In this document: in pieces, positions 23,800-34,185 of the stretch
Layout: each line of letters begins with the position of its first letter
How positions within the stretch are numbered: the stretch's first letter is position 1
Assembly: GCA_047602405.1 (NCBI GenBank)
Contig: JASGHJ010000002.1
Coordinates: forward strand, 3,698,300-3,762,299
Direction: 5' to 3'
DNA from: Anaeromyxobacteraceae bacterium
GTDB lineage: Bacteria > Myxococcota > Myxococcia > Myxococcales > Anaeromyxobacteraceae
DNA: 64,000 bases
The notes under the pieces: generated by a model
Databases searched by the model: none
Told to the model about the DNA's origin: nothing
What the model saw: the letters and a program-made list of their open reading frames with translations, nothing else
Program-made: the position numbers and the translations under genes

Positions 23800-24873
23800 A
23801 TGACGCCCCCAGGCCCCACCCTCCCCATCCCCTTCCTCGGCTACGCCGCCCGGCTCGCCGAGCCCCGCGCGCTGTGGCTGCTCGCGGCGGTGGCCGGCGT
23901 CGCGACGCTCGGGGCGTGGGGCGTGTGGCGCCGGCGGCGCGCGCTCGCCGCCGCGGCGGGCGCGCTCGCGCCCCGGATCGCGCCCGGGGCGAACGTCACG
24001 CGCCCGGCGGCCCGGCTCGGCCTCTCGGTCACCGGCCTCGCGCTCCTCGCGCTCGCGCTCGCCCGCCCGCAGTGCGGCTCCCGCACCGAGATCGCCCGCC
24101 GCTACGGCGCCGACCTCGTGGTGGTGCTCGACGCGTCGCGCTCGATGACCGCGCGCGACGTGAAGCCGGACCGGCTCGCCCGCGCGAAGCTCGAGCTCTC
24201 CGACCTCCTCGACCGGCTCGCCGGCGACCGGGTCGCGCTCGTCGCCTTCGCGGGCTCCGCGTTCGTGCAGTGCCCGCTCACCACCGACTACGCCGCCGCG
24301 AAGCTCTTCCTGCGCACGGTCGACCCCGAGCTCCTCCCGCAGCAGGGCACCGCGCTCGGCCCTGCGCTGCTCGCCGCGCGCGACGCGCTCGTCGCCGGCG
24401 ACCGCGCCGCGGCGCGCGCGAAGCTGGTGCTCGTGGTGTCCGACGGCGAGGACCAGGAGGGCGGCGTCGACGCCGCCGCGCGCGAGCTCGCAGAGGCGGG
24501 CATCGTCGTGCACGCGCTCGCGATCGGCACCCGGGAGGGCGCGCCGATCCCGGTCGCGGGCGAGGACGGGGGCGTCCAGGCCTACAAGAAGGACCGCGCC
24601 GGCAACACGGTCGTGACCCGGCTCGACGACGCGTCGCTGGCCGCGGTCGTGGCGGCGGGCGGCGGACAGGTGTTCGAGCTCGGCGCACCCGGGCGCGGCG
24701 TGGACGCCTTCCGCGCGGAGCTCGACAAGGTGGCGAAGAGCGAGCTCGAGAGCCGGCTCACCGTCGTGTACGAGGACCGCTACGCGGTCGCGGCCTTCCC
24801 GGCGTTCCTGCTCCTCCTCGGGGCCCTGCTCGTGCGCGAGCGCGGCCGGACACCGGACGAGGAGGCCGCGTGA
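23800..24873 (+). CDS. batB: BatB-like vWA protein
   Basis: LARPQ, DASRSM, QCPLTTD, SDGED, VVTRLD. Confidence 0.88.
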   Translation: MTPPGPTLPIPFLGYAARLAEPRALWLLAAVAGVATLGAWGVWRRRRALAAAAGALAPRIAPGANVTRPAARLGLSVTGLALLALALARPQCGSRTEIARRYGADLVVVLDASRSMTARDVKPDRLARAKLELSDLLDRLAGDRVALVAFAGSAFVQCPLTTDYAAAKLFLRTVDPELLPQQGTALGPALLAARDALVAGDRAAARAKLVLVVSDGEDQEGGVDAAARELAEAGIVVHALAIGTREGAPIPVAGEDGGVQAYKKDRAGNTVVTRLDDASLAAVVAAGGGQVFELGAPGRGVDAFRAELDKVAKSELESRLTVVYEDRYAVAAFPAFLLLLGALLVRERGRTPDEEAA

Positions 24874-25640
24874 CCGCGTTCGCCGCCGTCCTCGCGCTCG
24901 CGCTCGCCTTCTCGCCGCTCAAGGCGGAGGAAGAGAACGTCCGCGCGGGGAACGAGAAGCTCGTCGCGGGGGACCCGAAGGCCGCGCTCGAGCGCTACGA
25001 CGCCGCGGAGAAGAAGGTCGGCGCCCACCCGGAGATCGAGTACGACCGCGGCCACGCGGCCTACCGGGCCGGGCGGCTCGACGAGGCGGTCGAGCGGTTC
25101 AGGAAGGCCGCCGAGCAGGCGCCGGCGCCGCTCGCGTCCCGCGCGCTCCAGAACGCGGGCAACGCGCTCGCCGCGAAGGGTGACGAGCCCGGCGCGCTCG
25201 GCGCGTACCGCGACGCGCTCCGGAAGGATCCGGCCAACGAGGACGCGCGCTACGACCTCGAGGTGCTGCTCCGGCGGAAGGAGCAGCCTCCGCCGCCGAA
25301 GAGCGGGAAGGACCAGGACAAGGAGGGCCCGGCCCCGAAGCAGCAGCAGGGCGAGGGACAGCAGCAGGGGAAGCCCCCGCCGAAGCCCGACGACCAGGGG
25401 AAGGAGCAGCAGAAGCAGAGCCCGCAGCGCGAAGGTGAGCAGCAGGAGCCGCAGGGCGGGGAGCAGCAGCAGAAGCAGCCCCGGCCCGCGGAGGAGCGGC
25501 AGGGTGAGCGGGCGGGATCGCTCTCGAAGCAGGACGCGGAGCGGCTGCTCGACGCGCTCCGGGCGCGGGAGAAGAAGCTGCCGCAGGATCCGCGGCGGGG
25601 AAGGAGCTCGGGGAGGACGGATGTCGAACGGGACTGGTGA
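24870..25640 (+). CDS. batC: BatC-like TPR protein with Gln-rich linker
   Basis: TPRs, Q/E/K-rich tract, AERLLDAL and terminal ERDW. Confidence 0.85.
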   Translation: MTAFAAVLALALAFSPLKAEEENVRAGNEKLVAGDPKAALERYDAAEKKVGAHPEIEYDRGHAAYRAGRLDEAVERFRKAAEQAPAPLASRALQNAGNALAAKGDEPGALGAYRDALRKDPANEDARYDLEVLLRRKEQPPPPKSGKDQDKEGPAPKQQQGEGQQQGKPPPKPDDQGKEQQKQSPQREGEQQEPQGGEQQQKQPRPAEERQGERAGSLSKQDAERLLDALRAREKKLPQDPRRGRSSGRTDVERDW

Positions 25641-27528
25641 GCGGGGCTGGTCCGGCGGATCGGGCCCGGGGTGCGCCTCGGCCGGGAGCCGGGCGTGGCC
25701 GCGCGCGCTCCGCGCGGTGGCCGCGGTCGCCCTCCTCGCCGCGCCGGCGCTCGCCGCCGCGCAGGCGCGCGTGACCGCGACGCTCGACGCCGCGGAGATC
25801 GCGCTCGACGAGACGGTCACGCTCACGGTGGTCGTGCAGTCCTCCGACGCGCCGCAGGACCTCCAGTTCCCGAAGGACATGCCGTTCACCGTGCTCGGGC
25901 GCAGCCAGTCGTCCGGCTCCTCGTTCTCGCTCGGCGGCGGCGCCGGCGTGCAGATCTCGCGGACGCTCACGCTCGTGCTGCAGCTCGCGCCGAAGCAGGC
26001 CGGCCGGCTCACCATCCCGCCGATCGCCGCCATCGTGGGCGGGAGGCGCTACGCGTCGGAGCCGGTCACGCTCGACGTCCTGCCGGAGGGGCAGCGCCCG
26101 AAGGCGCAGCCCGGCCCCTCGCTGCCGCAGCGGCTGCCGGGCCCGCCCGGCCCGCGCGGCGGCGGGACCTGGCGCGGCTGGGAGCGGGACCTCCGGCTCG
26201 CGGTCGAGGCCGACCGGACCGAGGTGTGGCTCGGCGAGCAGGTGGTGGTCTCGGCCTGGTTCGTCTCTCCGGTGCCGATCGTGAACGTCGAGAACTGGAA
26301 GGAACCGCAGTTCGTCGGGTTCTGGAAGGAGCTCCTCGACTCGCCGCACCGGCTCGAGGAGCAGGTGCGGGTCATCGACGGCGTCCCGCTGCGCACGTAC
26401 CTCGTGAGCCGCTTCGCGCTCGTGCCGACGCGGTCGGGCGAGCTCACGGTCGATCCGTACCAGGCGCTCGTGAAGGTGCAGGCCGGGGTGAGCTCGCCGT
26501 TCGATCCGTTCCCGGACCTGCGGAGCGCCCGGCTGAAGAGCCAGCCGATCACCGTCAAGGTGCGGCCGCTCCCCGCCGGCGCGCCGCCCGGCTTCGCGAG
26601 CGTGAACGTGGGGACGCTGTCGCTCGAGGCGGCGGCCTCCGACGCGGCCGTGCCGGCCGGGCAGCCCGTGACGATCCGGGTGACCGCGAGGGGCGACGGG
26701 AACGTGCGGGCGCTCGCGCTGCCGCCGGTGCCCGAGCTGCCCGGGACGCGGCGGTTCGAGCCGACGCAGTCGGAGAAGGTGACGACGAAGGGCGGCCGGC
26801 TCGGCGGGGCGCGGACCGTGGAGACCGTGATCGTGCCGGAGCGGGAGGGGGAGCTCGTGGTGCCCGCGCTGAGCTGGCCCGTGTTCGACCCCGCGCGGGG
26901 CGCCTACCAGACCCTCCGGACCGAGCCGATCCACATCTCCGTGAGTCCTGCAGGTGCGGTCGCGGCCCAGACGCCCATCGCAGGGGCGAACGCGCTCGGC
27001 GCCGGGCTCCGGCCGATCCGGGCGGACGGGAGCGACCTCACCCGGACCTCGCCGCCGCCGTGGCGCAGCCCCCTCTTCGTGGCCGCGCTGGCGCTGCCGG
27101 TGCTGGGCTTCGCCGGCCTGGGCCTCGGTCTACGACTCAGGGAGCATCAGGCCGCCGGCGCCGGCGCCCGCCGCACCCGGGCCGCCGGCCGGAACGCGCG
27201 GCGCCGCCTCGCCGCCGCGCGCAGGGCGCTCGGCCGCGGCGACCGTGAGTCGTTCTTCGCGGAGGTGGAGCGCGCCCTGACCGGCTACTGCGCCGACCGG
27301 CTGCGCGTCCCCGTCGGGGGACTCACCCGTGAGGCCCTCGGGAGGACTCTCGGTGGTGCAGGTGCGCACGGGCCAGCCGTGCAGGCGCTCGACGACGCGC
27401 TCGGGGCCTGCGACGCCGCGAGGTACGGGCGCGTCGGAGTGGGCGCCGAGGAGGCGCTGCTCGGCCAGGCAGAGCAGGCGATCGCGCTGCTCGACGAGGT
27501 GGACTGGTCTTCGGGGAGGGCGGCGTGA
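25621..27528 (+). CDS. batD: BatD-like protein
   Basis: Repeated Ig-like BatD modules (GRLTIPP, SGELTV, GxGN), C-terminal TM; operon position. Confidence 0.85.
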   Translation: MSNGTGERGWSGGSGPGCASAGSRAWPRALRAVAAVALLAAPALAAAQARVTATLDAAEIALDETVTLTVVVQSSDAPQDLQFPKDMPFTVLGRSQSSGSSFSLGGGAGVQISRTLTLVLQLAPKQAGRLTIPPIAAIVGGRRYASEPVTLDVLPEGQRPKAQPGPSLPQRLPGPPGPRGGGTWRGWERDLRLAVEADRTEVWLGEQVVVSAWFVSPVPIVNVENWKEPQFVGFWKELLDSPHRLEEQVRVIDGVPLRTYLVSRFALVPTRSGELTVDPYQALVKVQAGVSSPFDPFPDLRSARLKSQPITVKVRPLPAGAPPGFASVNVGTLSLEAAASDAAVPAGQPVTIRVTARGDGNVRALALPPVPELPGTRRFEPTQSEKVTTKGGRLGGARTVETVIVPEREGELVVPALSWPVFDPARGAYQTLRTEPIHISVSPAGAVAAQTPIAGANALGAGLRPIRADGSDLTRTSPPPWRSPLFVAALALPVLGFAGLGLGLRLREHQAAGAGARRTRAAGRNARRRLAAARRALGRGDRESFFAEVERALTGYCADRLRVPVGGLTREALGRTLGGAGAHGPAVQALDDALGACDAARYGRVGVGAEEALLGQAEQAIALLDEVDWSSGRAA

Positions 27529-28274
27529 ACCTCGCCATGCTCCTCGTGGCCTCCGTCACCTCCGCGGTGCAGCCGCAGCTGGAGGCGTCCGGGCCACCGG
27601 CCGCCCGCTTCGCGGCCGCCGCCGACGCCTACCTGGCCGGCGACTTCGGCACGGCCGAACGACTCTGGGACGCGCTCGTCTCCGAGGGGTATACGAGCGC
27701 GTCGCTCCACCTGAACCTGGGGAATGCGCGGCTGCGCGCGGGCCGGAGGGGCACGGCGATCGCCAGCTACGTCCGGGCGCTCCGGCTCGACCCGGGCGAC
27801 CCCGACGCGCGCCACAACCTCGAGCTCGCCCGCGCGGCCAACGTCGACCGCCTGGTCGGGGGCACGGGACCGTCGCTCCTCGACCGCGTGGCCTCACGGA
27901 CGCCGAACGTCGCCGCCGCGCTCGCGTTCGCGGTGCCCTGGTGGCTGCTCTGGACGTGCCTGAGCGGCCGGCTCGTGACGGGGAGGCGCGCGCGCACCTG
28001 GCTCGGCGCGGGCGCGGCGCTCGCCACGCTCGGCGCGATCCTGGGCGGCTCGATCCTGCTCGCGCGTGACGCCGAGCAGCGCGAGGCGACCGCGATCGTG
28101 ATCGCACCCTCGACCGGCGTTCGCGAGGGCCCCGAGGAGGCGCTCCGCGCCACGACGATGCTGCACGAGGGGACCGAGCTGCGGGTCCTCGAGGCGCGCG
28201 GCCCTTCGGTGCGCGTGAAGCTCGTGAACGGGCTCGAGGGCTGGGTGTCGGCCCGCGACCTCGAGGCGATCTAG
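27525..28274 (+). CDS. batE: BatE-like TPR + SH3 protein
   Basis: HLNLGNA..ALRLDPGDPDARHNL, two TMs, LHEGTEL..NGLEGWV. Confidence 0.85.
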   Translation: MNLAMLLVASVTSAVQPQLEASGPPAARFAAAADAYLAGDFGTAERLWDALVSEGYTSASLHLNLGNARLRAGRRGTAIASYVRALRLDPGDPDARHNLELARAANVDRLVGGTGPSLLDRVASRTPNVAAALAFAVPWWLLWTCLSGRLVTGRRARTWLGAGAALATLGAILGGSILLARDAEQREATAIVIAPSTGVREGPEEALRATTMLHEGTELRVLEARGPSVRVKLVNGLEGWVSARDLEAI

Positions 28275-28275
28275 T

Positions 28276-29169
28276 TCAGCCCGCGGGCGCACACTGGAAC
28301 CCGAGCTGCACGCGCAGCTTGTAGGTCCCGGCCGGGAACGCGGTGGTGCGCAGGCCTCCCAGGAACAGGGCGAGGGCCGCCGCGTACTCCTGCCGGAAGA
28401 CGCGCAGGCGCACGAGCGCGTCGTGCCAGAGCTTGCCGTCGGTGGAGGCCGCCCGCTGCATGGACTGGCGCGGCTTCTCCTCCCCCGTGGCGCGGTCTCC
28501 CGGCTCCTGGGCCAGGACGGCCTTCAGGCCCAGGAACTTCTCGCCGGACTTTCTCACCGCCTCGATGGCCACCCGCTCGTGCTCGCGGATGCCCTTCTCG
28601 AGTGCCCGGCGAAAGTCTGCGGGCTCCTGTCCGGGCGGGACCGTGAAGGTGAGCGTCGCGCGGTCGGGCAGGGGCCCCGCCCGGCGGAAGAAGATCGGCG
28701 GGCGCTCGAAGACCATCCCCTTCCGGCCGATCGCCTCCGGGGCGGACCAGAGCCCGGGCCAGCGCTTGCTCCGCGGGATGAGCTTTGCCGCCGCCGGGTT
28801 CGCGAGCGCGTACGCGCCGTGCCCTGTGACCGCGGCCGCGTCCATGAGGTCGACCGACTGGTAGCCACCGCTCGGGAAGACGTTCTCGGAGCGGCCCCAG
28901 AGCTTGTTGAGGAAGCGGGCCAGCGTCGAGTTGAACTCCTGCATGAACGCGGGGAGCTCGCCCTTCGGGTCGGTGAGGACGAGGTGGTAGTGATTCGAGA
29001 GCACGCACGCGACGTGAAGCAGGATGCCGTGGCGCTCCGCCATGACGGCGAGCAGGAAGCCGAAGACCTGCCGCACCTCGGGGGTGGGCTTGAAGTAGAA
29101 GCGCCGCTCGAGACATCGATGCGTGATGAAGTGGGTGGTGCCCGGGAGCACCTGGCGTGGGGCCGTCAT
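28276..29169 (-). mobile_element. Stand-alone HUH/Y1 tyrosine transposase (IS200 TnpA/RAYT-like)
   Basis: HFITHRC, HUH motif SNHYHL, catalytic Tyr in YALANP, WP motif, C-terminal FPAGTY; no tnpB; only 1 bp from the batE stop. Confidence 0.85.
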
Positions 29170-29183
29170 GGCCTCGCGCCATG

Positions 29184-29199
29184 AGCACGCGGCGTGCCG
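29184..29199 (-). promoter_or_regulatory. Putative sigma54 (-24/-12) promoter of the transposase gene
   Basis: Minus strand CGGCACGCCGCGTGCT: GG and GC separated by exactly 10 nt, ~15 nt upstream of the ATG. Confidence 0.5.
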
Positions 29200-29313
29200 C
29201 ACGGAAACCGCTGCGGCCCAGCGACCCTCCTCCGAGCGGGGCGTCCGCGCCGCGGACCATGCGGACGCCCCGCGGACCTCTCGGTCCGCGAACGGGACTC
29301 TCGGGCGAGTCGC

Positions 29314-30681
29314 TCAGGCCACGCGCAGCTTCGCGATGAGCGCGGGCGGACCGCCGGACCGGAAGGCCTCGAGCGCCTCGTCCGCGGGCGACCGCCCGGA
29401 CTCGGCGCGCGCGCGGAGCGGCTCGAGGAACTTGCACTCGTCCTCGCCGCTGGCGGCGCAGCAGCTCTGCCGGCGCAGGCCGTCGGCCGCGGCGGCGAGC
29501 ACCTCCCCGGCGAGCGCCTGCAGCGAGCTCCCGTCCGCCGCCCGCCCCTGCAACCCGCTCCGCCCCGCGGCGTCCATGAGCGCGCGCCGCTCCTCGACCT
29601 TGAACCGCGCCACGGCCTGCCAGGCCCGCTCGCGCGCGGCCTGGTCGTAGAGGATGCCCTTCCACAGCGCGAGCAGCGCGCGGGCGTGGGCGTGGTCGCA
29701 GCCGTCGGCGGCGCGCACCTCCACGACGCCCTTCACCCGGACCTCCGGGAAGACGACCGTGAGGTGATCCTCCCAGTCGCTCTGGGTCGGCCGCTCGCCG
29801 TCGATGCCGCGGAGCATGAAGTCCCGGAACGTCGCGCCCTTCGGGTCGAGGTAGCGGTCGTGGCGCCGCACGAAGATCATCGGGACGTCGAGCGCCCACT
29901 CGACGTACGCGCGGTAAGGATCGTCGAGGAAGCCGGGCGCGAAGGCGAAGGCGAGGAGCCCGCAGCGGGCCGGATCGGTCTCGTTCCAGACCGCCGTCCG
30001 GTAGGACTTCCACCCCACCTCGCGGCCGTCGATGATCGGCGAGTTGGCGAAGAGGGCGACCACCGCGGGCTGCACGGCGAGGGCGGTCCGCAGCTTCTCC
30101 CCCATGTCGCGCGCGTCCGAGAAGTCGAACGACGCCTGCGCCGACGCGGTCATCGCCATCATGTCCTCGCCGAGCCGGCCGTGCGCGGCCAGCCAGGGGC
30201 GCATGATCTTGTAGCGATCCTTCGGCATCCAGGGGTTCGACCGGGGCGTGCCGAAGGGCCGGTAGCCGGTGGCGAGGAGCTCGACCGAGAGTTCTTCGCC
30301 GATGTGCGCGCAGTGGTCCTCGAGGTGCTCGCGCAGCTCCTCCGCGGCCGCGTGGACGTCCGGGAACGGACGGCCGGACAGCTCGAGCTGGCCCCCCGGC
30401 TCGAGCGAGACCGTGAGTCCTTCTCGCTGCGCCGCGATGATCCGGTCCTCTTCCATGAACGGCGTGAAGCCGAAGCGCCCGAAGCCCCTCAGCATCGCGG
30501 CGACGCCGGCAGGGCCCTCCCAGGCGACCGGGTCGGTCGTGCCCGAGCGCATGAGCACGACCTCGTGCTCCAGGCCGACCTTCCAGCCCTGGCGGGGGCG
30601 CTCCCGTGCACGGAACCAGGCGACGAGGTCGTCGGGCCCGCGCACCGGCGGGGTCTCACGCGTGCGGGCGTCGAGGGACAT
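29314..30681 (-). CDS. gshA: Glutamate--cysteine ligase (GCS2/plant-like)
   Basis: VGLEHE, SLEPGGQLELSG, MPKDRY, ALFANSP, HLTVVFPEVRVK, EVRAAD. Confidence 0.92.
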   Translation of the reverse strand: MSLDARTRETPPVRGPDDLVAWFRARERPRQGWKVGLEHEVVLMRSGTTDPVAWEGPAGVAAMLRGFGRFGFTPFMEEDRIIAAQREGLTVSLEPGGQLELSGRPFPDVHAAAEELREHLEDHCAHIGEELSVELLATGYRPFGTPRSNPWMPKDRYKIMRPWLAAHGRLGEDMMAMTASAQASFDFSDARDMGEKLRTALAVQPAVVALFANSPIIDGREVGWKSYRTAVWNETDPARCGLLAFAFAPGFLDDPYRAYVEWALDVPMIFVRRHDRYLDPKGATFRDFMLRGIDGERPTQSDWEDHLTVVFPEVRVKGVVEVRAADGCDHAHARALLALWKGILYDQAARERAWQAVARFKVEERRALMDAAGRSGLQGRAADGSSLQALAGEVLAAAADGLRRQSCCAASGEDECKFLEPLRARAESGRSPADEALEAFRSGGPPALIAKLRVA

Positions 30682-30786
30682 GGGGACGCGGAATCTACCC
30701 GCGGGTGACGCGCTCCGCCACGGGCATGTCCGGGGTGCCCGTGCGTTCTACCCTTGAACGACTCTGGGACCTACGAGGCGATCCGG

Positions 30787-30815
30787 TTGCACGCCCCCCG
30801 GACGCCGCCTATCCT
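30787..30815 (+). promoter_or_regulatory. Putative sigma70 promoter of the S41 peptidase (TTGCAC-N17-TATCCT), flanked by two motif sites
   Basis: 17-bp spacer; motif copies at 30756-30770 and 30846-30862. Confidence 0.55.
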
Positions 30816-30892
30816 GAGCTTTTTCGGGGATTTCTCGCCCCTTGGACGTCCGAGAGTCGTTCGCCGCGCCTCCACCCCCGCAAAGAGCCACC

Positions 30893-33800
30893 ATGACCCG
30901 CCCGTTCCGGCCCCTCGCCACCATCGCCCTCGTCGCCGCGCTCGCGCTCGGCACGGGCGCGCACCTCGTCCGCGCCGAGGCGCGGCAGGAGGAGGACCGC
31001 GGGCGCACCGCCGCGGAGCTCGCCTACCGGGAGAAGGTCCCGTCCCAGGCCCGCCCCGACGCGGCGGGCGAGTACAAGCTCGACAAGCTCCAGATCCTCT
31101 CGAAGGTGATCCTGTCTCTCAAGGACTCCTACGTCGACCCGACCCGCATCGATCCGAAGGCGATGGTCGTCTCGGCGCTCGAGATGGTCGAGAAGACCGT
31201 CGCCGAGGTGATGGTCCAGGGCGACGCGAAGTCGTCGAAGCTCGTCCTCACCGTCGGCTCCGCGAGCCGCGAGCTCGACATCTCGGGCGTCGACTCCATC
31301 TGGAAGATCCGCACCGTGCTCGGCGACGCGATGGGCTTCATCCAGGAGCACCTCGTCGCGCACGACGACCTCCGGCAGATCGAGTACGCCGCCGTGAACG
31401 GCATGCTCTCGACGCTCGACCCGCACACCATCCTGCTCGAGCCGAAGGCCTACAAGGACATGAAGACCCAGACCCGCGGCGAGTTCGGCGGGCTCGGCTT
31501 CGTCATCGGCATGCGCGACGGCAACCTCACCGTGATGCGCGTGCTGCGCGGCACGCCCGCCCAGAAGGCGGGCATCAAGGCGAAGGACGTCATCACCAAG
31601 ATCGAGGAGCAGTCCACCGCCGAGATGGACGTGAACGACGCGGTCGACCGCCTCCGCGGGAAGCCCCGCACGCCGGTCGCGATCACCATCGCCCGCAACG
31701 CACAGGACGCGAAGCGCCTCACGCTCGTCCGGGAGATGATCAGAATCGACACCGTCCCGCAGGCGAAGCTCCTCGAGGGCAACGTGGGCTACCTGAAGCT
31801 CACCGGCTTCTCGGCGAACTCCCGCGCCGACGTCGAGCGCGTCGTCCAGGAGGAGCGCCAGCAGGCGGGCGGCAAGCTCGCCGGCCTCGTCCTCGACCTG
31901 CGCGGCAACCCAGGCGGCCTGCTCGAGCAGGCGGTCCAGGTCTCGGACCTCTTCCTCTCCTCCGGCACGATCGTGAAGACCGTCGGCGGCGGCCGCACCC
32001 TCGAGCTCAAGGAGGCGAGCGCCGACTCCGACGACCTCGCGAACCTCCCGCTCGTCGTGCTCGTCAACAACGGGTCGGCGTCCGCGAGCGAGAATCGTGG
32101 CGGGCGCGCTCAAGAACAACGGCCGCGCCCTCGTCATCGGCCGCCAGACCTTCGGCAAGGGCTCGGTGCAGGTGCTGCAGGACTTCGCCGAGCCGGGTCG
32201 CCCGGGCGAGGAGGCGGCGCTCAAGCTCACCATCGCGCAGTACCTCACCCCGGGCGACGTCTCGATCCAGGAGGTCGGCGTCACCCCCGACGTGCTGCTC
32301 CTCCCCGGCCGCGCGCTCAAGGAGCAGGTGAACTTCTTCGCCCCGCCCCGCTCGATGGGCGAGGTCGACCTCGACCGCCACCTCTCGAACCCGTCGCAGC
32401 GCGACGAGGAGCAGGAGCGCGCCGAGGCCCGCAAGCGCCGCGTCGAGAAGTCGGCGCTCGAGCTCCGCTACCTGCTCGACGAGAAGGAGGACTCGGTCGC
32501 GAAGGCGCTCAAGAAGGCCGCCACCGAGGACGCCGCCGAGAACGCCCACACCGATCTCACGCCCGAGCAGGTCGAGGACGAGGAGGCCGACGCCGACCCC
32601 GACCGCGTGGTGGAGGACTACCAGATCAGGTTCGCGCGCGACCTCCTGCTCAAGGCCCCGTACAACGATCGCGCGCGCATGCTCGAGGGCGCGAAGACGC
32701 TCGTCGCCGAGCGCCACGAGGACGAGGAGCGGCGCCTGGAGGCCCGGCTCAAGGACATGGGCCTCGACTGGTCCGAGCCCGCGAAGACGCCCGCCGGCGC
32801 TCCGAAGGCCGTCGTCACCTTCTCTCCGCCGGCGGCGAAGGACGCGCGTGCGGGCGAGGTCTACCCGTGGACGGTGACCGTCGAGAACCGGGGCGACGCG
32901 CCGTTCCGGCGCCTGCGCGCCTGGACCTCCGCCGAGAAGAACCCGCTGCTCGATCGCCGCGAGTTCATCTTCGGCACCGTCCGCCCGGGTGAGCGCCGCT
33001 CGTGGACCGTGCCCGTGCGCATGCCCCGCAGCCTCGACAGCCGCCGCGACGAGGTGTCCCTCCGGCTCGAGGACGACTCCGGGAAGCCCATCCCGGAGGT
33101 CGCGACCTCGGTCGGCGCGGTCGAGATCCCGAAGCCGCAGTTCGCGTTCAGCGTGCAGGTCGAGGACGCCGCGGGCGGGAACGGCGACGGCCTCGCGCAG
33201 CGCGGCGAGACCTTCGCGTTCCGCGTCGACGTCCGGAACGCCGGCTCCGGCGCCTCCGGCCGCAAGACCTACGTCGCGCTCCGCAGCCTCGGGGACGACA
33301 AGCTCTTCGTGAAGAAGGGCCGCGAGGTCATCGGGACGCTGAAGCCTGGCGAGGCGAAGACCGCCCGCCTCGAGGTCGAGCTGCGCAAGGGCTCGCACGC
33401 CGAGAACGTGCCGTTCCGGCTCGCCATCGTGGACGAGAAGACCGACGAGTACCTCGTCGACAAGATCGAGTGGCCGGTCGCGAAGGACGCGACGCCGCGC
33501 ACGCCCGCCTCGGGCGCCGTCCGGCTCGACGCCGACGTCACCATCCACGGCGGGGCCTCCGAGACCTCGCCGGCCGTCGCGTCCGCGAAGAAGGGCGCCG
33601 TGCTGCCCGTCGACGCCCGCTTCGGCGACGCGTACCGGGTCGAGTGGCAGAAGGGCCGTTTCGGGTTCGTGCCGGTCGCGCAGGCGAAGCCGGTGAAGGC
33701 GCCCCGCTCCGGCGCGGTCGCGATGGCCTGGCAGCGCGAGCCGCCGCGCATCGCGCTCGCGCCTGACCCGGCGAAGGGCGCGCCCGTCGTCGAGGGCGAC

Positions 33801-34106
33801 ACGATGAAGCTCTCCGGCTCCGCCACGGTGCCGGCCTCGGCGGACGACTCGACGCGGCTCCGGGACGTCTTCATCTACGTGAACGACCAGAAGGTCTTCT
33901 TCCGGGTCGTGCCGGACGAGAAGGCCTCCACCCGCCTCGACTTCCAGGCCGACCTGCCGCTCAAGCCCGGGCAGAACACGGTGACCGTCGTGGCCCGCGA
34001 GGACGAGGAGTTCCAGACTCGCCGCTCGCTCGTGGTGTTCCGGCGCGCCCCGCCGGCCGTCGCGCAGGACGGCTCGCGCGAGCCGCCCAAGGCGCAGGCG
34101 CAGTAG
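30893..34106 (+). CDS. S41 (CtpA-like) serine peptidase with PDZ and C-terminal beta domains (MXAN_5808-like); frameshift at ~32093
   Basis: LDPH, FGGLG, DLRGNPGG, SASASE|IVAGAL, TFGKGSVQ; removing one A from gagaatcgtg joins ORFs 30842-32992 and 32097-34106. Confidence 0.9.
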
Positions 34107-34116
34107 GCGCAGCCCG

Positions 34117-34181
34117 AAAACGACGCACGGACCCAGGGAAGGCGCGGCGCTCCGCCCCCTCCGGGGAGTCCGTGCGCTCGT
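34117..34181. terminator. Long hairpin downstream of peptidase; U-tract on minus-strand side
   Basis: cgcacggac (34124-32) pairs with gtccgtgcg (34168-76); AAAA at 34117-20. Confidence 0.45.
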
Positions 34182-34185
34182 CCTG

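Noticed and set aside
19872..28274. moxR-DUF58-vWA-TPR operon as a novel system
   Set aside because: Matches the known Bat/MoxR operon architecture.
28276..29169. Complete IS200/IS605 element with TnpB and guide RNA
   Set aside because: No tnpB/iscB ORF and no non-coding space at the 3' end.
33072..33084. Further motif-like match ACGACTCCGGGA inside the peptidase gene
   Set aside because: Made entirely of the most common codons (gac gac tcc ggg), so chance is likely.
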